From Eledone cirrhosa (lineage: Eukaryota): a stretch of 64,000 nucleotides of DNA. Location: positions 224,564,001-224,628,000 of the forward strand of contig OZ024741.1 of assembly GCA_964016885.1 (NCBI GenBank), given 5' to 3'. Shown here one piece after another: positions 1-12,415 of the stretch (within the stretch, counting starts at the first letter, position 1; each line of letters begins with the position of its first letter). The notes beneath the pieces were generated by a model. The model ran no database searches, was not told where the DNA came from, and worked only from the letters and a program-made list of their open reading frames with translations. The translations under genes and the position numbers were made by a program.

Positions 1-954
1 TCCTCAACACATGACCCAACCATCTCATTCCATTTCTCCTCATAACATTCATCAGAGGCCCTATTCCCATCACCCAGTCACTTTCATCTTTCCTCAACAC
101 ATGACCAAACCATCTCATTCCATTTCTCTTCACAACATTCATCACTCCTCTCACCCAGTCATTTTCATCTTTCTTCAATACATGACCCAATCATTTCATT
201 CACAATCTCTTCACAACATTTATCACTACTAGACACTGCACACATACCATATAAAACTATACAGAGTAACTCTCATTTCAATACAATTAAAATTCTAATA
301 GAAATTATATAAGCAAACACAGCCGCCATCCAAGGCACACAAATCTGTGCTTGGTTTATGCAATGAAAGCATGCAATAACAATATGACTACAGGAATAAT
401 AGTAATAACAACAACAACAACAACAGCAACAACAACAATATAAAACAGCAAAATAAACAAATTTAATCTTAATTATCCCCAATCATCATCATTATCGTCA
501 TCACCATCATTACTATCATTCCCATTAGTATAATTTCTTAGATTTCTATATTTTCTTTAAAAAACAAACAAAACAAAACAAAACTAAACTAAAAAAAAAA
601 AAGCATAATAATTAAAAATTAAAAATAAATAAAATAAAATCTTCTTTCTTCATAATTCTCAAATCAATACTTCATAAAATTTGATTTGAGGAATTGAGCA
701 ATTTCATCATTATCGAAATAATTAATATTGATCTTGCCAAAATACCAGAGGTCATTTTCAGGGTTGATCAGCAACGAGTTATCTAATAAGAATTTCGGGA
801 GTGTTTTATTGAAATAGAAATTAACTGTTTCTCCAATTTCAAATTGTTAATTCAAATAATTTGAATTTTGAGAAAATTGATAGCACAAAACTTTAAAGCA
901 TTTACATTTCAATTATCAAATAGGGTTTCATTTACTGTCAGTGGCAGAGGTGAC

Positions 955-2330
955 AATGGTAGTGGTGGTGGTGGTGGTGGTGGTGGTGGTGGTGGTGGTG
1001 GTGGTGGTGGTTGGTGATGGTGGTGATGGCAGGATGGTGGTGGGGTGGTGATGGTTGTGGTGGGGAAGGTGATGATGGTGGTGGGGATGGTGGATTTGGA
1101 AGGTGGTAGTGGGAAGGTGTTGGTGGTGGTGATGATGATGGTGGTGGGAAGGTGGTGGTGGGAAGGTGGTGGTGGGGAAGGTGGTTTTGGTAGGGGTTGA
1201 TGATGGTGATGGTGGTGATGGCAGGATGGTGGTGGGGTGGTGATGGTAGTGGTGGGGAAGGTGATGATGGTGGTGGGGATGGTGGATTTGGAAGGTGGCG
1301 GTGGAGGTGGTAGTGGGAAGGTGTTGGTGGTGGTGATGATGATGGTGGTGGGAAGGTGGTGGTGGGAAGGTGGTGGTGGGGAAGGTGGTTTTGGTAGGGG
1401 TTGATGATGGTGATGGTGGTGATGGCAGGATGGTGGTGGGGTGGTGATGGTAGTGGTGGGGAAGGTGATGATGGTGGTGGGGATGGTAGATTTGGAAGGT
1501 GGCGGTGGAGGTGGTAGTGGGAAGGTGTTGGTGGTGGTGATGATGATGGTGGTGGGAAGGTGGTGGTGGGAAGGTGGTGGTGGGGAAGGTGGTTTTGGTA
1601 GGGGTTGATGATGGTGATGGTGGTGATGGCAGGATGGTGGTGGGTGGTGATGGTTGTGGTGGGGAAGGTGATGATGGTGGTGGGGATGGTGGATTTGGAA
1701 GGTGGCGGTGGAGGTGGTAGTGGGAAGGTGTTGGTGGTGGTGATGATGATGGTGGTGGGAAGATGGTGGTGGGAAGGTGGTGGTGGGGAAGGTGGTTTTG
1801 GTAGGGGTTGATGATGGTGATGGTGGTGATGGCAGGATGGTGGTGGGGTGGTGATGGTTGTGGTGGGGAAGGTGATGATGGTGGTGGGGATGGTGGATTT
1901 GGAAGGTGGTGGTGGAGGTGGTAGTGGGAAGGTGTTGGTGGTGGTGATGATGATGATGGTAGGGAAGTTGATGATGGTGGTGGGAAGGTGGTTTTGGTAG
2001 TGGTGGTGATGATGGTGATGATGGTGGTGGGGAAGATGGTGATGGTGATGGTGGGGTGGTCTTGGTGGTGGTGAGGTGGTTGTACTTGTGTTGTAAGTGG
2101 CGGTGAAGGTGACGATGGTGGTGATAGAAGTGTTGTAGGGACTGAAGTAGGTGATGGTGGAGTTATAGGTGGTGGGGACAGTGATAATGGTGTTGGAGGT
2201 GGTAGTGTTGTAGGTGGTGATGAAGGTGATAGTGGTAGTGGTGATTATTGTTTTTTGTGTTGTTGGTAGTAGTGATGATGATTGTGGCGGTGGTTGTGGT
2301 GGTGGTAGTAATAAGTTGATGGTATTTGTG
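955..2330 (+). repeat. (GGT)n-derived G-rich region including a 204-bp tandem repeat (~4.5 copies, about 1010-1990)
   Basis: Marker TAGGGGTTGA recurs at 1191, 1395, 1599 and 1802. Confidence 0.92.
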
Positions 2331-3516
2331 CTGTAGATTAAAGGTTCTCAACCCATATTGGCCAAACGAAATTTCCCCTCGAAATCACGAAACGCCCTCC
2401 TACCCTATTTTTCCATTTTTCAATATACTACTGATTTTGATATCAGTAGATTACTGGGCCAAATCAAGTTATCTTAGATTCTTTAAAAAATACTTGTACA
2501 GATTAAATACAAAAAAGTTTCAGTCCAAAACAAAAGCAAATTATATATTTTTGAAATTAAAAAAAACATTTGATCTCAGTCGAAAAAGCTGTTTTTTTTT
2601 TTAAATTCTATATTTCACTGTTAGCTGTTGTAATATTTAGAGTGGATAGACAATTGAAACTGTAAAGTCAAAATACAAAAGATACAAAATATGAAGAATT
2701 TCTTACCTTTTTCTGAAATCACAAACTCAGGGGAAAAATAGTACCTTGCAAAATAATATACCTCATAGCAAAATAAGTAGTAAGGAATGAATTGAGAAGC
2801 TTGTGACTGAGAAAGCAATATTTTTATCCCTTATATATAAACATAGATAGACACACACACATATATATATACATACACACACACAAACTTGTGAGTGTGT
2901 GTGCCTTGGTACAGAAAGAATTTTGTCTACAGTTTTTTATTGCCAGGTCAAAGGCCACAGCTCTTTTCAACAACGCCAAATAACAACGCTCCACACACAC
3001 ACACACATATATATATAAATAAAGAGAGAAAAAGAGGGAGGGACAGAGAGAGTAAGAAATGTGTGTGTGTTTGGTACACGTCTATCTATCTATCTATTTA
3101 TCTCCAACAGGGGGCTCACACATGCGGCCCACGAACTACTTACCTGTGGCCCGTGGTAGAACCAATATTTCATATCGCATTATAACTGGTGAAAATAAGA
3201 CGGCCAGCTGGTGGAATCGTTAGCACATCTGGCGAAATGCTTAACGGTACTTCTTCCGTTTTTACGTTATGAGTTCAAATTCCGCCGATCTCAACTTTGC
3301 CTTATATCCTTTTGGGGTCGATGAATTAAGTACCAGTTGTGTACTAGGATCGATCCAATCGACTGAACCCTAAACCCCAAATTTCATGCCTTGTTCCTAT
3401 AGTACAAATGATTATAACTGGTGAAAATTTTCACCCACCACCACGTTTGGCCCACTGTGCCTCTCCTCCAGGATGTAATAGCCCTTTTGTGTCCTTGAGT
3501 TTGCGACCCCTCTTCT

Positions 3517-3548
<32 letters not shown>

Positions 3549-3812
3549 TTTATTTTTTTTCTGTCTCTGGACTACGCCCATGCTGGAGCATCACCTTGGT
3601 AAGTTATGGAGACGTCAACAAACCAACAAGTATTGGTGGGAGGGCAAACACAAACGCAATGACACACACCGACATATATACATATATACAACGGCTTCTT
3701 TTAGTTTCGATCTATCAAATCCACTCACAGGGCTTTGGTCGGCTCGGGCAGTGGGACTGAACTCGGAAATATGTGGTTGGGAAACAAGCTTCTTGTCACA
3801 CTGCATATATAT

Positions 3813-4622
3813 CCAGCTTATGCTGATCGGATAACTATCATGATTGCTTGCTGTTTTCCCAACCTTCGGTTTGCTTTTCCTTCTGTTGTTTACTTGTCTC
3901 ACTCGCTTTACGCGATTCACTTGTCCCAATAGCTTATTTTAGTTATTGCTCGCACCAACCTGAGGTATCTGATTTTTAATGCGATGAAATACCAATGATG
4001 GTTGGCAAATCACTGATGAGGGACTAATTTTATAATATGTAATCCATGTGCAACCATGCAGTATTCTTCTCCCCACGTTTTTCATATATATTTACCTAAA
4101 CTGCGATTATCTGTTTCTCTCTTTCTCTCTTACTGCTCCCCCGTTCTCTCTGTTTCTCTTACCTTCTTTCGTCCCCTCTGTCAGTTAACACTTTCTCTCG
4201 ACTGACCTCTTCCTCGCACTTCCACTCACTCACTCTCTGTTTCTCCCCTTCTCACTTCCTCCCGTTCACTAGTAGTGGGGTTCCTTCTTTCTCACACCGC
4301 ATTCACGGCGTGCGGTCTGCTTCTCTGACCGCTCATGAAATTCACCCAGCTTATGCTGATCGGATAACTATCATGTTGCTTGCTGTTTTCCCAACCTTCG
4401 GTTTGCTTTTCCTTCTGTTGTTTACTTGTCTCACTCGCTTTACGCGTTTCACTTGTTCCAATAGCTTATTTTAGTTATTGCTCGCACCAACCTGAGGTAT
4501 CTGATTTTTAATGCAATAAAATACCAATGATGGTTGGCAAATCACTGATGAGGGACTAATTTTATAATATGTAACCCATGTGCAACCATGCAGTATTCTT
4601 CTCCCCATATTTTTCATATATA
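3813..4622 (+). repeat. Two ~277-bp direct repeats (3813-4090, 4346-4622) flanking a CT-rich spacer; pseudo-LTR-like
   Basis: Near-identical copies read directly. Each has CTGATGAG (4013, 4545) near its 3' end; (TA)n flanks. Confidence 0.8.
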
Positions 4623-5574
4623 TATGTGTGTGTGTATAATATATATATTATACATACACACACATATATATATATATATAACCTTACACACTTATATATA
4701 AATGCATTTATATATATACAAATGTATAAATGCATAGCTATATACATGCGTAAATGTGCGTAAATGTATACATTTGTATATATACATGCATTTATATTTA
4801 AGTGTTAAGGATGTGTGTAAGGATGTTGATATGATCTATGTCTTCATTTTTTGGTAAGGAGAACATTTTTGTCGCCAGATTTTATTACCTAGGGAGATAA
4901 ATACCACACTTCTGGCTGAAAACTGACCAGGTTCTCAACTTCAAACACTAACGCCGGCCTGTGTGTGTATATATATATGTGTGTGTGTGTGTGTGTATGT
5001 ATGTGTATATATGTGTGCGTATGTATGTATGTATGTGTATGTTCACCACCATTGCTTCTTCTTATCATTTCTGTTGAAGTAGTCCTTACTTTCATTCTCT
5101 TTGATTTCTTTTGATTTTCTTTTATCTCCCTAAGGAATTCGTTGACAAGCTTCTTTAATATATTTTCTTTTTCTTCATTCAAATCACTGACTGTCTAAGA
5201 GACAAATATGACTTATAAAACTTACCAAACTAAAAGGGCTTCTAGCGCCCTCAAAGTTTCAAACGCCCCCGTACTGCATAACGCCCCCTTACTGCATAAC
5301 GCCCCCTTACTGCATAACGCCCCCCCCCCCCCCCCCGTTGAGAACCTTTACTGTAGATGTGTAGATGATGGTGAAAGTGGTGGTGGTTGCGTTGTTGTTG
5401 TTGTTGATGATGGTGGTGGTACTTATGTTGTGGGTGATGGTGGTAGTGTTGGTGATTGTATTGTTTAACCCCTGGTCAGTCATGATTGAGCAGACTTATG
5501 ATTGAAAGTATTCCAACTCTGATCATCCTATTTATTTTTTGTATACCATCCTTTTTACAATAGAAAAGGGTAAT

Positions 5575-5816
5575 TTAACCCTTCAGCATTTACATTACTC
5601 TATATTTACTATTGCATTTTCCTGGTAAATACGTTATCTCACATAATTATCTCACATAATTATCTCACATAATATCGAATCTATGAGATTTTGATATTAT
5701 TTATTTTGAGAACAATACCTTAACATTAGTATGAATGGCCAGTTATGTCCAGTTTGAACAGAAAAAGGGGAGAGAATTCTGGCCGGATATGGCCGGTTTA
5801 AATGTTAAAGGGTTAA
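5575..5816. mobile_element. piggyBac-like MITE; other copies at 18955-19193, 24492-24704, 40594-40799 and a split copy at 19916-23290
   Basis: TTAA|CCCTT.AGCATTTA ... TAAATG.TAAAGGG|TTAA termini and a shared ~240-bp interior. Confidence 0.8.
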
Positions 5817-6925
5817 GGTATTAACAATAGACAGAAGAAGGGGGAAACAGAGAAGGGATCCTTGTAATATTCTATTTTTGATAGGGATCTATACCATTTC
5901 TGCTGTACCCTTATTTATTCTTGAATTGTGGCCATGCTGGGGCACTACCTTTAGGGGTTTTAATAGATTTATATCAATCCCTGTATTTATTTCAGTCTGT
6001 CATGTATTGCTTTAATTAATTTATTTATTGATTAGCTAAGTTCCCTTTTGATATAAAAGAGTCACTACTTGATGCCTATTTTTACACTGGTATGTTACAA
6101 ATAGAGGCACAGACACACATGCTTACATATATACACACCCTCCACACACACATACACACCCGCCACACACACATACACACATATATATACCACCACTTAC
6201 CTTCCCACCTATCTAGAAATATCCCCCACCTACACTACCATGCACCCACCCACACACACACATATATCACCACCCACACACATATACAATTTCTACCCAC
6301 ATATACACATAAATGTATGCATGCACGCATGCTCATACACATGTGTGTAGTTATACACCCCTCATATGCATATACATAGACACATACATGGATATTACTC
6401 TAAACATTAAGAATGAGTTTTTCTATCCATATTAGAAAACCCAACAAAACTCTTTGCTACATTTATAAATTATCTAGCCCCCATAATGTTTGTATGAACC
6501 TGTAACTCCTAATTAATTTGTAGAGGTACCCAAAGTGACATATGGTGTTTCTAGGACATTTTAAATCTGGTGTCACCCATAGCCTCTACAGGTCTGAACA
6601 CAGCTGATTTCCTCTAGAGAAGGAGAGATATAAAGAGGAAGTGAGAAAGAAACATAGAGGATCAGAACAACTCCTGTATTGGACTGGTAGGTTTTTTAGC
6701 AGCCTCAAAAGGATGAAAGACAAAGTTGATCTCAGTGGGATTTGAACTCAAAGCGCAGTGAGTTGGAACAAATACCACAAGGCATTCTGTCAAAATACTG
6801 GCCTTGTGCCTAAACATTTGAATTATTATTGATATCTATGTGTTTCTGTATAGGTATCTCTCCATCTCTCTCTCCATCTCTCTATATATCTATATATCTA
6901 TCTATATATAGATAGATAGATATAT

Positions 6926-7268
6926 GGAGGCACATGGCTTAGTGGTTAGAGCATTGGCCTTGCAATCGAAAGGTTGTGAGTTCAATTCTCAGACCGGGTG
7001 ATGTGTTGTTTCCTTGAGCAAGACACTTTATTTCACATTGCTCCAGTTTACTCAGCTGTAGAAATGAGATGATAGGGACTGAGGTCCCTATCATTCCACT
7101 GTAAAGTGGTCGTGGAGGTGCCACGGCAAAAACCACTCAGCACTCACTGTAAATGAGGTTGGTGTTAGGAAGGGCATCCAGCTGTAGAAATCAAGCCAGA
7201 ATCAGTTCCCGTCCCACCTTTGCAAGCAGGGAAAAGCGGACGTAAAATGAAATGATGATGATGATGAT
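6926..7268 (+). mobile_element. tRNA-derived SINE with RTE-derived tail; other copies at 9002-9338 (+), 29110-29458 (+), 55807-56150 (-), 58403-58654 (-, headless)
   Basis: Box A TGGCTTAGTGG and box B GAGTTCAATTC. The tail GGTTGGTGTTAGGAAGGGCATCCAGCTGTAGAAA...(GAT)n is shared with the RTE 3' UTRs in this window. Confidence 0.9.
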
Positions 7269-7772
7269 CTACTTTTTATAGTTTGACACTATATTTAGGA
7301 ATACAATATCTTAATAGAATTTCTATTGAAAATACTGTAGTATGTATGCATACATAGGAGGGAAAGTGGGTTGTTGACAATTATTGTTGTTTTTTTAATA
7401 GAGGTAGAAATATTAAGGGTAGAAGGAGAATAAAACCATTTGGTGTTTCTTGATCTATCTTTTTTGTTTCTAGTCATATTTATAGTAGGGATATATAAGA
7501 TCTTTTTGTTGAATCCACTTTTCTTCTGGACATCATTGTAATATAGTGCATATTACTTGAAAATGTCTTTATTAGCTGAAATATTGGATATTCCAATGGA
7601 TATATTTTAAAACTATATTATCCATAATTCTATTACGATGATAACTATCGTAATAGAATTATGGATAATATAGTTTCCCTCCTATGTATGCATACATACT
7701 ACAGTATTTTCAATAGAAATTCTATTAAGATATTGTATTCCTAAATATAGTGTCAAACTATAAAAAGTAGAT
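7267..7772 (-). mobile_element. Penelope-like ORF fragment enclosed by perfect 99-bp inverted repeats
   Basis: 7267-7365 is the reverse complement of 7674-7772. The interior translates on the minus strand to ISNISANK..YYND..KKSGF and RSRNTKWFYSP, similar to the Penelope-like motifs ALKKSGY and RKRNIIWFNPP. Confidence 0.65.
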
Positions 7773-10700
7773 ATCAATAATAATTCAAATGTTTAGGCAC
7801 AAGGCCAGTATTTTTTGATGGAGTGAGTGTTATGAAAGTTGATTGAATTGAACTCACTACTTTACTGGTTATTAATTTTATTGACCACTGGAAGGATGAC
7901 AGGTAAAACAAATTTTGGCAGGATTTGAACTCAAAAAGTGTGCAACTAAATGCCATAAAACATTTTGTCTGACACTCTTATAACTTCCAATATACTGTCC
8001 TAAGGCAGGAGCGGTGGAATGTGTGTGTGTGTGTTGGGGGGGGGGGGGGGGGGGGGGGGATGCCCCCCCCCCCCCCCCAATAATTATATTTTTCTCCCCA
8101 ATCTACCAAAACACATATCTATTTGCATATGTGCTACAATTTATGTACATATGTTTATCGCATATCAAAATTTTCTGACTATCTTAGATTGCAAAGAGCT
8201 AAACTAATCATTACAACTAAATTGACCAAATTTGGCACTCCCGATTCAGAAATGCTTCCTCCGCCCCTGTAAGGTGAATACTAATAATAATTATAATAAT
8301 TATATGAATGACTATTTCTAACATTGGTACAAGGCCAGTAATTTGGGGGAAGGATGAAGTTGATTATGTTGACTCCAGTACATAACTGGTACTTTATTTT
8401 ATCAATCCATAGAAAGATGAAAGGCAAAGTTGACATTGGCATGATTCGAACTCTGTAAAGAGCTGAAACTAAATTCTGCAAAGCATTTTGTCTGACAGGT
8501 AGATACTACTCTAAGGTAGATACTACTACCATTTGTAATAATTATCACAATAACAAAAATTGTAATTGTAGGAACTCAAATGATTCCCTAAATTTGGCCA
8601 GTATATTGGTTACATTGTTTAATAATTGGTCTCTCTTTTCCAGTTCTAGTGGCAGGAATTGACATTGTTATCTTCTTCTCTTCTTTGCCCTCTTATTCCT
8701 AGGAGGGTTGTGGGGCCAGAGTCCTCAAACACTCCTTCCAGTGGGTCCTGTCAGAAGCAACTGTCTCCAACTGATCCAGCTGGATCCCCAAGCGTGACAA
8801 ACCAAGCTCATGGATGTTATCCAACCATCTTGAATGGGGTCTACCTCTGGGTCTCCTTTCGGTTGGTTTTTGCCCGTAAAATTTGTCCAGCGATTCTTTC
8901 CACCATTAGCTTCCAAAATTCATAGCTAAAGGCTTTCAACTGTTTATTCCTAAACATACTGTATATCATTAGATATACAAAATACACATACTTATATGTA
9001 TGGAGGCACATGGCTTAGTGGTTAGAGCATTGGCCTTGCAATCAAAAGGTTGTGAGTTCAATTCTCAGACCGGGTGATGTGTTGTTTCCTTGAACAAGAC
9101 ACTTTATTTCACATTGCTCCAGTTTACTCAGCTCTAGAGATGAGATGATAGGGACTGGGTCCATATCATTCCACTCCAAAGTGGTCGTGGAGGTGCCACA
9201 GCAAAAAAGCACCCAGCACTCACTGTAAATGAGGTTGGTGTTAGGAAGGGCATCCAGCTGTAGAAATCAAGCCAGAATCAGTTCCCGTCCCACCCTTGCA
9301 AGCAGGGAAAAAGCGGACGTAAAATGAAATGATGATGATACAGCTATGTTGGAACGAACACCTTAATTCTCTCTCTCTATACACACATATATATATTCCT
9401 TTGATAATTTTGGCCCAGGCTATGTCTAACTTAATAACACCACCTAGCGCACACACATGCTAGTTACACTCTCTTATGTTCAGAATTTGAATCTCGTCTT
9501 TACTGTTAAAATGTTAAGGATAGTTAAAATAAGTAGCTGTAATTTTTTACAGGGTCAAATTAATCAGCTTTGCAACTCATTCTTTTCAAATGTTTGATCC
9601 TTGAAGCAATGTAATAAATCAGATTACAACTAACTGGTACATGTAATTATTTTTAGAAATTGTGGGGTTCAGTAACATCTTTTAAGTTTTGAGGTCTTTT
9701 ATGCTTATAGGAGCCCATAAAATATAACACCAGTATTTATTAGAATCGATTTCAGGTGTTAAATGTTCCTTTATTGATAAATATAATTTATATATTAATA
9801 TATAAACACAATTTTTCTATAAAAATGAAGAGCAAAAAGAGAAAGAAGACTTGCACACTCAATCACACACCTCAACATGTGAGTTTCCTGCTACTAATTT
9901 TTAAGGCATGCCAACACACTTTAATAATACTATAAAGCATTCTAGGTGTGAATGGAATCACATATGAAGGGCTTCTGTACAATTTCAGCCTACCAAATTC
10001 CAATCACAAATTATTGGTTAACCAGAGGCTATATAATAAGACAATTACTAAAAGTGAAGCATAGGGAAACTCAGTTGCACCACAGTTGCTAAATATGGAA
10101 TGGACCTCTACCGATACAGACGATGAGTATTCCACTTGTTCGATCAATCGAACAGCTTGTTCATAAAATTAATGTGTAAGTATTTAAGGATTCCACAGAC
10201 ACGTGTACTCTTAACGAAATTCTCGGCGAGTCAGCTTAACACAGTGTGTGACATGGCTGGCCTTTTGAATTACAGGTATAGTCCATCCGACGGGCTTACA
10301 GTTTCCAACTACTGAAGTTCACTAACGAAGCACAGATCAACCAGAGGCTATGGTAAATAACACTTGCGCAGTGAGATTGAAGCCAGAAGCTAATGATTTC
10401 GAAGCGAACTTCTTAACTATTGGACCATGCCACGTCGACTTCTTAACTCCACATTCATATCTGCTCTTTTATAAACAAACGATAAAAAAAAGATATTCAC
10501 TGACTATCGTAGATTATGATTAAGTAAACAAGCTGGAAAAAATATAATCAAATAAACGATTCGGAAAAATATACCAGAAAATAACTAATTTAATAACTGA
10601 AACTCTTTAATAAAAACTTGGCATTGCTTGATATTTTATCAGAATTTTGGTAAAATTATAAAGCAAGGGAGATAATTCAGTTTGTATTTTTATCCCCCTT

Positions 10701-11479
10701 ATATATATTAACTCTTATTTAGGAGAAACTTGTCTACAATTCGCTTTCATCGAAATCATAAAAATCAAAACAAACATTTAAAATAATTAGTAAACGACGA
10801 AAAGAAACTGGGTTTTAATCAATATTTATTAATAATTATTTCTACTCTTGGCACAAGGCCAGCAATTTGTAGCAAACAAGTACCAGTACTGGTACTTTAT
10901 TATGATATCTAATTTAGGCACAATGCCAACAATTTGGTGGAGAAGAGAAAGTCGATTAAATCAGCAACAGTACTTGACTTGTATTTAATTTTATCGTCCT
11001 CGTGATTATATATATATATACTAAAGAAATAATCTAAACGGAATAGTGTGTCACTAAAAATATTAAATAATTTAAAGAAAAATTTCATAAACAACACAAG
11101 CCCTACAATGCCGCCGTATCTTACATCACCACCACTTCAAAACAACGTAGGAGTCGCTTGACCTACCAGATATAGTTACCGATTTCCATCGAAACAACCA
11201 TACCGTCTAAAGAAAAAAAAAAACGAAGGGCACGTTGAATTAGATAGTCGCCGGTATAATATACAAGATATGTTGCGAGCGTGTTGACTTGCCTCAAAGT
11301 GTTCAGTTTACCTTTATGATGTGCGGCCGATTGTCGCACTTGGTGGTGAATTGATGGTCGTTTTCTTTAATCTTATATATTAGTTAAGTATTGTATATAT
11401 TATTTGCATCTATTTTCATTCTGTAAACATTATAAATAATTTGTAATGTTCTATATTTTTGAGACGAGGAATTATTTAC

Positions 11480-11705
11480 ATTATATATATTGGACGGATA
11501 GGTGTCCTCATCTTGTTTTGTTTAAACACGTTTCGGCTGATGTACTCTCCAGCCTTCATCAGGTATCCTTGTGATGTTTGTATTAACGTTTGTTCAGGTC
11601 ACTGTCTAGAATTGTACAGTGATGAAGGCTGGAGAGTACTTCAGCCGAAACGTTGTGTTAACATCAAAACAAGATGAGGACACCTATCCGTCCAATATAT
11701 ATAAT
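11480..11705. mobile_element. Fold-back element (~80-bp inverted arms), each arm with a hammerhead-like core; Penelope-type relic
   Basis: Arms are reverse complements. Minus strand has CTGATGA-A-GGCTG...CAGCC-GAAAC (11562 to 11530); the plus arm has GTGATGA-A-GGCTG...CAGCC-GAAAC (11619-11651). Confidence 0.7.
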
Positions 11706-11894
11706 ATAATTTGTAATGTTATTTATACAATTGTGAATAAATGTTCTTATTTTATAAATAAAGACAATTTATATAAAAAAGAAAAAAAGTTTGAGAATAC
11801 ACGCACATTCAATGACACAACAGAACAAGGGGTAATAAAGTTTCTCTCTAATATTTTTGAAGCAAGCCAATACACATACAGCATTGCCACAGAC

Positions 11895-12050
11895 CAGTGG
11901 TTCTCAACCTTTTTTTGCCAGCGGCACACCTTGGAACACATGAAAAAATAGCGGCACATCTGGCTAAATATATATGAAAAATATTTGAATTTTACAAAAT
12001 AAAAACATGGCGAAAATAAAATTTCGCGGCACACTGGTTGAGAATCACTG
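11895..12050. mobile_element. hAT MITE with perfect 8-bp TSD
   Basis: TIRs CAGTGGTTCTCAACC / GGTTGAGAATCACTG; CCACAGAC at 11887-11894 and 12051-12058. Confidence 0.92.
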
Positions 12051-12277
12051 CCACAGACAATAGCGAGGCTAAAACGCCGGAATAACGAAGTACCTCTCCA
12101 GATCTGAACACAACTGATTTCTCCCCCCCCCCCCCCCCCCACACATATATACGCTGAGATGCAACCGGTACTAGCAATGAAACTTATGCTAGTCTCGTCA
12201 ACTTATAGATATATATATCCTAAGGCTCTGATACCATCAACTCTATAAACACAGCTGGCATATCTAAGAACTGACTA

Positions 12278-12333
12278 ACTGCCTGATGAGGTCATAGCCA
12301 TTCAATGGCTATCATCGAAATATATATAGCAGT
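12278..12333 (+). ncRNA. Minimal type-I hammerhead ribozyme (Penelope-type), intact consensus
   Basis: Stem I ACTGC/GCAGT; core CTGATGA 12283-12289; stem II closed by canonical G-C with ATAGCCA/TGGCTAT; GAAA 12317-12320; palindromic stem III ATATATAT; AUA site at 12326-12328; AATAAA at 12335. Confidence 0.85.
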
Positions 12334-12374
12334 AAATAAAGGATTATGAGTTCATGCAATTGACTTATGTTTCG

Positions 12375-12415
<41 letters not shown>

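Noticed and set aside
4889-5182. 97-aa lysine/glutamate-rich ORF
   Set aside because: Low complexity, runs into microsatellite, lies within MITE-like ends, and shows no recognisable homology or splice support.
6926-7000. tRNA gene
   Set aside because: A and B boxes belong to a SINE head; there is no proper acceptor stem and it continues into the SINE body in several copies.
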